Shown here: one piece after another, positions 58,687-64,000 of the stretch
Numbering within the stretch: the first letter of the stretch is position 1
How the letters are laid out: every line of letters begins with the position of its first letter
DNA from: a virus
Lineage: Duplodnaviria > Caudoviricetes
IMG/VR virus record: IMGVR_UViG_3300014836_000320
Span: 22,313 to 86,312 of that record
DNA length: 64,000 nt
Direction: 5' to 3' (one strand)
Made by a program: the position numbers and the translations under genes
Notes under the pieces: model-generated
Told to the model about the DNA's origin: nothing
The model's database searches: none
The model's input: the letters and a program-made list of their open reading frames with translations, nothing else

Positions 58687-59220
58687 TTAAAGTGGACGAT
58701 CGTTTTTGTATTCATCCCAAGAAGTAAAACGCTTGCGGTCAAGTAGTTCATTCAACTGCCAGCACCAAACACCTGGGTTTGTTTCATCAAAACCAATATC
58801 ATCGATCTTGATAGTTGTATTGTAATTAAGCAATTTGATGTATGGCATTTTAACCGAAATCATTGGAATGAACCTATGATTGTCAGTGAGACCACCGTCA
58901 AGAAGACCATTAAGTTGGCCGGGTTCAAGATCGAGGGTGGCAAGAAACCCTGCGTCCATAACTTCGGCGATCATACGCTCCCATCCAGTCCATCCATCAT
59001 AATCCTTGTTGCCAAGACTGAAACTCATGTTTGCACCAAAGTAGACATGCTCACATCCTTCTTCAGTTGCCATACGAATCACTTCCTTGGCGTCCTGTAG
59101 ACCTACAACAAACAATGTGCGTTTGCCATATGCTGGTGACTTTTCAACTTCAACACCCACAAACATTTCAACCTGATCACGCTCGCCATCTGCATAGTTA
59201 CGCATGAAATTGCTAGACAT
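58687..59220 (-). CDS. Hypothetical protein adjacent to the TGT-like gene
   Basis: 177 aa. Confidence 0.6.
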   Translation of the reverse strand: MSSNFMRNYADGERDQVEMFVGVEVEKSPAYGKRTLFVVGLQDAKEVIRMATEEGCEHVYFGANMSFSLGNKDYDGWTGWERMIAEVMDAGFLATLDLEPGQLNGLLDGGLTDNHRFIPMISVKMPYIKLLNYNTTIKIDDIGFDETNPGVWCWQLNELLDRKRFTSWDEYKNDRPL

Positions 59221-59224
59221 GTGC

Positions 59225-60781
59225 TTATACCTTCAATGAGTTTTCGAGTTCTACAAGACGTTCATCGTCAGGATTGTCAAAGTCGCCGGCTTCGGCTCCG
59301 TCAACAATTACTTCATCGTCACCAGAATCAAAGATATCGTGGACTGCTTCTGCACCCGACTTGCGAGTCTTACGACCCGAGAACTCGGCAAGCAGTAGCG
59401 AACACTGGTCCAGTAACTTCATTGGTTCTTGGCTACGAAATACTTGGTGAACTAATTCCATAACGTATAATACATTACGTGGCACCCATAAGTCAAGTTG
59501 TCCTTCCTGGCTACGTTGCTTGGTTCTTCTCCAATCTGTGGGATTGGGTCTAGTAAGGCGCCAAGCAACATCAGCCAATGCGTTGGCTCGTTGAACCGAC
59601 TCAATGTGTTGGTAAACATTGTGACCCATAATCAGGCTGTATGAGAAAGTGTCCCAAGAAGTCTTGGCAACCTTGCCATTCTTGTTGGCCTGACCCGGCT
59701 TGTAGTAGCAAACATCTCCCATGGTGATGCGCTCACCAATAGGGCTGTTCCAAGGCCAAGGAATAGTAGAGCCACTGAGATCGCGGTTGTCTACACACTT
59801 CTCCATCACATAAGTGAACCTATCGTTGCTGTGAACGTGTTGGGTATAACTCAATCCATACGCAGTGGCAACAAATGGACTGGCGCAGTCATATGTGACC
59901 ATCATGTTGGGATTCACCGTTTCACGCAAGGCTCGTTGAACTGCTGTCAAGAATACTGCAAATTCTAACCGGCTGGTGCCCAAGACGTGGATCACATCAC
60001 GGCCTGGAGCCAACATGCCTTCGTCGCGCATTTGAATCAAGCGGCGTAACAAGAGATGTGCATCTTGCATGTTGTTACCACCCATGGCCCAACCTTCAAA
60101 AGGAAAGTGCTTGACATTGTCATACCAAATGTCTGCTTCCTGATTGTTGGAACCCTGTAGCACATTCAAAAACTTGGTCTGATGCTTGCGATTGGCCAGG
60201 AACCAAGCATTGTTATAAAGTGTGCCATCTAAACATTCTTGAAAACTCTTAAGACCTGTGCGTTCGTTTAGTGGAGGTCTTGCCGCCCAAGTAGGAATAT
60301 CAAGAACCATGCTGTAATCAGCAGTATGCTCAAGCCAGTTGAGAATCTGGCCGCGAGTCTTGTCAGCCGATCCTTTGTATCCTGCGTCACCGGGTTTCTC
60401 CATGAAGTTTTCCCAGTCAAACTTGATAACACCCTTGGCAATCTGGAATCCACCACTGTCGCCGAGAATAAAAGTATTCTTGCGATCGCGCTTTTGAATC
60501 ATTGATTCATCGGTGTCAGTTTTTGTCAAGTCTAACTGTGCATGACCAGCCGAGTAAAGTGCATAAGGATAGTGATAGTAAGCGGCTTCCTTATTAAGGA
60601 AGTTCATGCCTTCTACGCCAGTCTCAAATTCCTTGGGCACACGATTAGCAGGAATAGAACCTGGAGAGTTTTGTTCCTTGCTGATAATGGTATTATAGAA
60701 GGTTGAGATGCTAGGAAGAAAGATAGCATAGTCTTGGTTCCTAGCCCAAAGATCTACCCTTGTTTTTTTACTGGCTGTCAT
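59225..60781 (-). CDS. tRNA-guanine transglycosylase-like protein (probable DpdA-type DNA base-exchange enzyme)
   Basis: ILGDSGGFQ, MVLDIP, VLQG, IHVLG, TYDCASP; next to the replication genes. Confidence 0.8.
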   Translation of the reverse strand: MTASKKTRVDLWARNQDYAIFLPSISTFYNTIISKEQNSPGSIPANRVPKEFETGVEGMNFLNKEAAYYHYPYALYSAGHAQLDLTKTDTDESMIQKRDRKNTFILGDSGGFQIAKGVIKFDWENFMEKPGDAGYKGSADKTRGQILNWLEHTADYSMVLDIPTWAARPPLNERTGLKSFQECLDGTLYNNAWFLANRKHQTKFLNVLQGSNNQEADIWYDNVKHFPFEGWAMGGNNMQDAHLLLRRLIQMRDEGMLAPGRDVIHVLGTSRLEFAVFLTAVQRALRETVNPNMMVTYDCASPFVATAYGLSYTQHVHSNDRFTYVMEKCVDNRDLSGSTIPWPWNSPIGERITMGDVCYYKPGQANKNGKVAKTSWDTFSYSLIMGHNVYQHIESVQRANALADVAWRLTRPNPTDWRRTKQRSQEGQLDLWVPRNVLYVMELVHQVFRSQEPMKLLDQCSLLLAEFSGRKTRKSGAEAVHDIFDSGDDEVIVDGAEAGDFDNPDDERLVELENSLKV

Positions 60782-60977
60782 TGTCTGCGGGTTCTTTTAA
60801 AAGTGATTTGTGAAGGATAACGTCATACAACTCAATGTGATCCCCTTCATAAGACGTTTTCTTAGAAACAGTCCTGATGTAAAGGAAGATGTTATTGGCG
60901 GCCAATTGATCTGAACATTGGTTAATGGTTTCAATTGCGCTTTTAACACGATCAATGAGTTGTTGGTCTTTAGGCAT
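60768..60977 (-). CDS. Small hypothetical protein
   Basis: 69 aa, coupled. Confidence 0.45.
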   Translation of the reverse strand: MPKDQQLIDRVKSAIETINQCSDQLAANNIFLYIRTVSKKTSYEGDHIELYDVILHKSLLKEPADNDSQ

Positions 60978-60978
60978 A

Positions 60979-61698
60979 TTAGCCCTGTGCCATAATCAAG
61001 TATTCGTAAGCAACAACACCAGAATCAAACTCAACTCTAGCAACCTTCTCACTGAGACTGACTGTTGGCGTTCCTTGACTGGCAGTCTTTAGTGCAAGAA
61101 TCAAAGGTTGGATTGGCAATACCACAGGACGCTTGAGTGTCTGAGTAGTATCAGCAAAAACAAATTTGCCTGAGTGGCCGCCGCCTGCGGCACCACCTAA
61201 GGTGAAAACCAACTTGCCATTTTCTGTGGTAGCAGTCAAGTTAGGATCAATGTTGGTATAAAGTCCTGCACGAACTGCCAACTCGGAAATTTTATTTGAT
61301 GCAGGCTGAACAGTCACATCCCACGACGTGCCCTTGAAGTTACGAGTCTTAGTCTTCATTAGGTTGGTAGGAGTCAAACGATAGTGGTCGTTGTTGCCGT
61401 TTTTATCACTGAAAACAAAACGGTCTACTTCGCTCTTAGAGTTAGTGCCAGAGTTAACATTGGCATCTTGATCCTTGTATAGGCCACTGAGACCTACCAA
61501 GAAGCCCAGATTCAGCATACCAAACTTCTCAGGAAGGTCGGTAAACGTCTGTGGGGTATTGGCCAATACTGTAAGTGTTGAATCTTCAGGATAGGCTGTG
61601 AACTTGGTCTTGTCAGTTTCTTTCTCAACAAGAATTTCTTCAAATGTGCCAAGACTTGCAATGTTCTTGGACACGTCTAACACGATATCTTTTAGCAT
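60979..61698 (-). CDS. Probable sliding clamp (gp45-like)
   Basis: 239 aa, beta-rich, directly downstream of the polymerase; weak resemblance only. Confidence 0.5.
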   Translation of the reverse strand: MLKDIVLDVSKNIASLGTFEEILVEKETDKTKFTAYPEDSTLTVLANTPQTFTDLPEKFGMLNLGFLVGLSGLYKDQDANVNSGTNSKSEVDRFVFSDKNGNNDHYRLTPTNLMKTKTRNFKGTSWDVTVQPASNKISELAVRAGLYTNIDPNLTATTENGKLVFTLGGAAGGGHSGKFVFADTTQTLKRPVVLPIQPLILALKTASQGTPTVSLSEKVARVEFDSGVVAYEYLIMAQG

Positions 61699-61725
61699 AA
61701 AAGGCTCTCCAGGTTTAATAGTTTG

Positions 61726-61754
61726 ATTATAAGGTGGCTTGTGGTAAATGTCAA
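61726..61754 (-). promoter_or_regulatory. Consensus sigma70 promoter
   Basis: TTGACA-N17-TATAAT; GGAG ribosome site downstream. Confidence 0.85.
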
Positions 61755-61761
61755 CTGATCT

Positions 61762-64000
61762 TTAGTCAAAAAGGTCATCAACAAAGCCGCGGTCTTTACT
61801 TAGATTTAAATCCCACTTGAGAACACCCAAAAGGTTGTCAATCTTGGAATCAATGATGGTTTCTTCCATGGCCACATGATCAAATGGCAATTGTTTGAAC
61901 CAGTCTGGTAGGTTCAACTCGTCAATGGGATAGGCGATTGAGTTGATCTGCATGGGATTACTTTTGAGTTTACACACAATAACCTTTTGGCCATCAGTGA
62001 TATCCATACTGCGGCGATCCGAGAATGCTTCCTTGATCCTATTCCAGTTGATAGCCGCCATGGCATGACCAATGCTACACTTGCCAGTCTTTTGATAAAC
62101 TGAGGTATGCTTGGTCAAATTGTTGACTCGCTTGGGAGTGCCTTTTTCCCAGCCAGGACGACTCTTGAATTCCTCGCGGAACTGTTTGACACGGGCCATG
62201 ACTTGATGTTGACTTAGACCTTCCAGGGTCATAGTAAGTGCTTCCTCCAAGAATCGTTGCATAAACTCTGGAGTATCGGCTCGTTTCATATCAAGACCCA
62301 TGGCTTTGAGTTCACCTGACGAACCATCTTGATCTTTGCGCTTGCCTTCCTTGTCATAGATCAGCACAGCATAACGCTTCTTGGTATGGTAAATGCCCTT
62401 GCTGGCAACCACTTCACGACCTGCTTTGATGATCTCACCTTGAGACCTTGGGCAATTAAAGGCTTCGGTCATGAATGACGGGAACGTTTCATTGACCTGT
62501 TCGGCCACTGTATCATAGATGTCAATGACACTTTCTCGAGTCCACTCCACAGCACCAGACTCAATCTTGTCCTTAAACAACGGATAGGCACTAAAGTAAA
62601 CTGAGTCAGTGTCACCGTAGATAATGGCTTCGCCAATATGATCCTTGATGCCTGTGAACATTTCATTGACAGCACCAGCCATGTGTCTAGCAATAAGTCG
62701 CCCACACAAAGTTGTAGATTGACCCAGTCGCTGATCAAAGAACCTGCTACCTGCGTTCAACAACGCACCATAAGCAGAGTTCAAGTTAATTTTCTTAACC
62801 AATTGACGCTTGTCCCAGAATTCAAACTCTTTGGGATCTGAGGCACTCTTGGCTTTCTTTTGCAGTTCTTTACGTTCAGCATACCAGCGTTCCAATAGGC
62901 CTGGAATAATACCCTTGCTGTCGTATTTGAAGATGGTGCCGTTGCCGCTGAGCATCAGCGGCTGGCCACTGTGAAACACCAAATCATAGACTTCGGCACT
63001 GGACATTTCAGTGCTGGTTCCATCGCTCCAGTCTACAATTTCTGTAGTGCCCACGTCACGATTCATTACGCTTTCGTATTCGTAGCAGGCAAACTTGCCT
63101 TCCCAGAATTCAGCAACGCCCTTGCCAGCATCAATGTATTCTTGAATGCCTGCTAGAGTTCTAACTTGCCGCACCTGTCCAACAATGGTCTCGGGACTCA
63201 TGTTCAGCGCACGAATCACCGACGGATACAGACTGTTGATGTCCATAGACCCAATCCATTCGTGCATGCCTGCCTTGGGCACAGCCACATAAGCACCTGC
63301 CGCGGCATTGTCTAAGCCTGATCCACGCTGTGGACGGTCTGGCACTACCATACCTAGGTCATGTGCTTCATTGATCAGTGCTTGGTCAGTAACAGCCACA
63401 GCACCCAATGTGGCTCTGAGACCCACTGTGTTAGAGTGTGCAATCAGATTAGTTAGATCAATAAACTTGAGTTTGGCATCCAGTTTCTTTAATAGCACAA
63501 CGTCTTGCCTGTTATAGGCAATAAACTTTTCGTAGTCGTTGTTGTAGAGTTGGTCCAGTGTGCCCTCATAGGGAATCTTTTTCTCACCAATCTCATATTC
63601 ACCAATGGCATCCAAGCGATAGGTATGCATCTCGTGATAGTTGTATTTTCTATACAGTTCAAGATAGTCAAGATGCACACGACCAATGGTGTCAAAGGTT
63701 TCTAGAATCTTGCCATACTTTTCAAACTCGCGACGCTTGGGAAACTGATTCCAAAGACACATGCGACGAGTATGTTCTCGGCTCAGCACCCTAGTAATGC
63801 GGTTAGTCATGTAAGGGATATCATAGCCCTCTGAGTTCCAACCCGACAATATGTCTGCGTCTTCAATAATGTCTAACCACATCTCCAGCATCTGTGCTTC
63901 AGTTTCGCAGAGTATGGTATCATCAAACTTGGCCACAATACTTTCGGCATGCTCTTGAGTCATGCCTTCTGGCTTGATGGTCAATGTAATGGTTCTATCC
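61762..64000 (-). CDS. Family B DNA polymerase (gp43-like), 5'-truncated by the window edge
   Basis: GWNSEGYD, SMDINSLYP, KKINLNSAYG, YGDTDS, KKRYA; frame open to the edge. Confidence 0.95.
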   Translation of the reverse strand, partial: DRTITLTIKPEGMTQEHAESIVAKFDDTILCETEAQMLEMWLDIIEDADILSGWNSEGYDIPYMTNRITRVLSREHTRRMCLWNQFPKRREFEKYGKILETFDTIGRVHLDYLELYRKYNYHEMHTYRLDAIGEYEIGEKKIPYEGTLDQLYNNDYEKFIAYNRQDVVLLKKLDAKLKFIDLTNLIAHSNTVGLRATLGAVAVTDQALINEAHDLGMVVPDRPQRGSGLDNAAAGAYVAVPKAGMHEWIGSMDINSLYPSVIRALNMSPETIVGQVRQVRTLAGIQEYIDAGKGVAEFWEGKFACYEYESVMNRDVGTTEIVDWSDGTSTEMSSAEVYDLVFHSGQPLMLSGNGTIFKYDSKGIIPGLLERWYAERKELQKKAKSASDPKEFEFWDKRQLVKKINLNSAYGALLNAGSRFFDQRLGQSTTLCGRLIARHMAGAVNEMFTGIKDHIGEAIIYGDTDSVYFSAYPLFKDKIESGAVEWTRESVIDIYDTVAEQVNETFPSFMTEAFNCPRSQGEIIKAGREVVASKGIYHTKKRYAVLIYDKEGKRKDQDGSSGELKAMGLDMKRADTPEFMQRFLEEALTMTLEGLSQHQVMARVKQFREEFKSRPGWEKGTPKRVNNLTKHTSVYQKTGKCSIGHAMAAINWNRIKEAFSDRRSMDITDGQKVIVCKLKSNPMQINSIAYPIDELNLPDWFKQLPFDHVAMEETIIDSKIDNLLGVLKWDLNLSKDRGFVDDLFD

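Noticed and set aside
1-64000. CRISPR array, alternative genetic code, inteins/introns, integrase
   Set aside because: No repeat-spacer periodicity; long ORFs are intact under code 11; no insertion is evident in the polymerase or thyX; no recombinase motifs were seen

Overview
A 64-kb segment of a large lytic tailed dsDNA phage with T4-like (myovirus) architecture, standard genetic code, gene-dense, with no tRNA, CRISPR array or integrase seen. Block 1 (1-19 kb, +) is a baseplate/tail module: gp5-like protein with a lysozyme domain, gp25- and gp6-like wedge proteins, a 2997-aa structural protein, a fibre-like protein, and a 1139-aa protein fusing a subtilase to a structural domain with a (GGY)17 loop. 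Block 2 (19-35 kb) is a tightly coupled tailoring-enzyme cluster, headed by a T4-type late promoter: glycosyltransferase-like proteins, a methyltransferase, 2OG-Fe(II)-like dioxygenases, GNAT-like proteins, two PP-loop ATPases, a fatty-acid desaturase, a sterol-desaturase/hydroxylase and thyX. Block 3 (35-44 kb, -) is an early region with tandem sigma70 promoters, a MoxR ATPase and VWA partner, a candidate structured ncRNA, an ArfA-like mini-ORF, a repeat/palindrome array, a radical SAM protein and an RNase H-like nuclease. Block 4 (44-64 kb, -) covers nucleotide and DNA-modification metabolism: queE, folE, queD-like, a TGT/DpdA-like protein, a GT-B glycosyltransferase, galE, guaC, a PRTase, a 7Fe ferredoxin, a putative sliding clamp and a family B DNA polymerase. 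All assignments come from motif recognition by eye; no database search or folding program was run.
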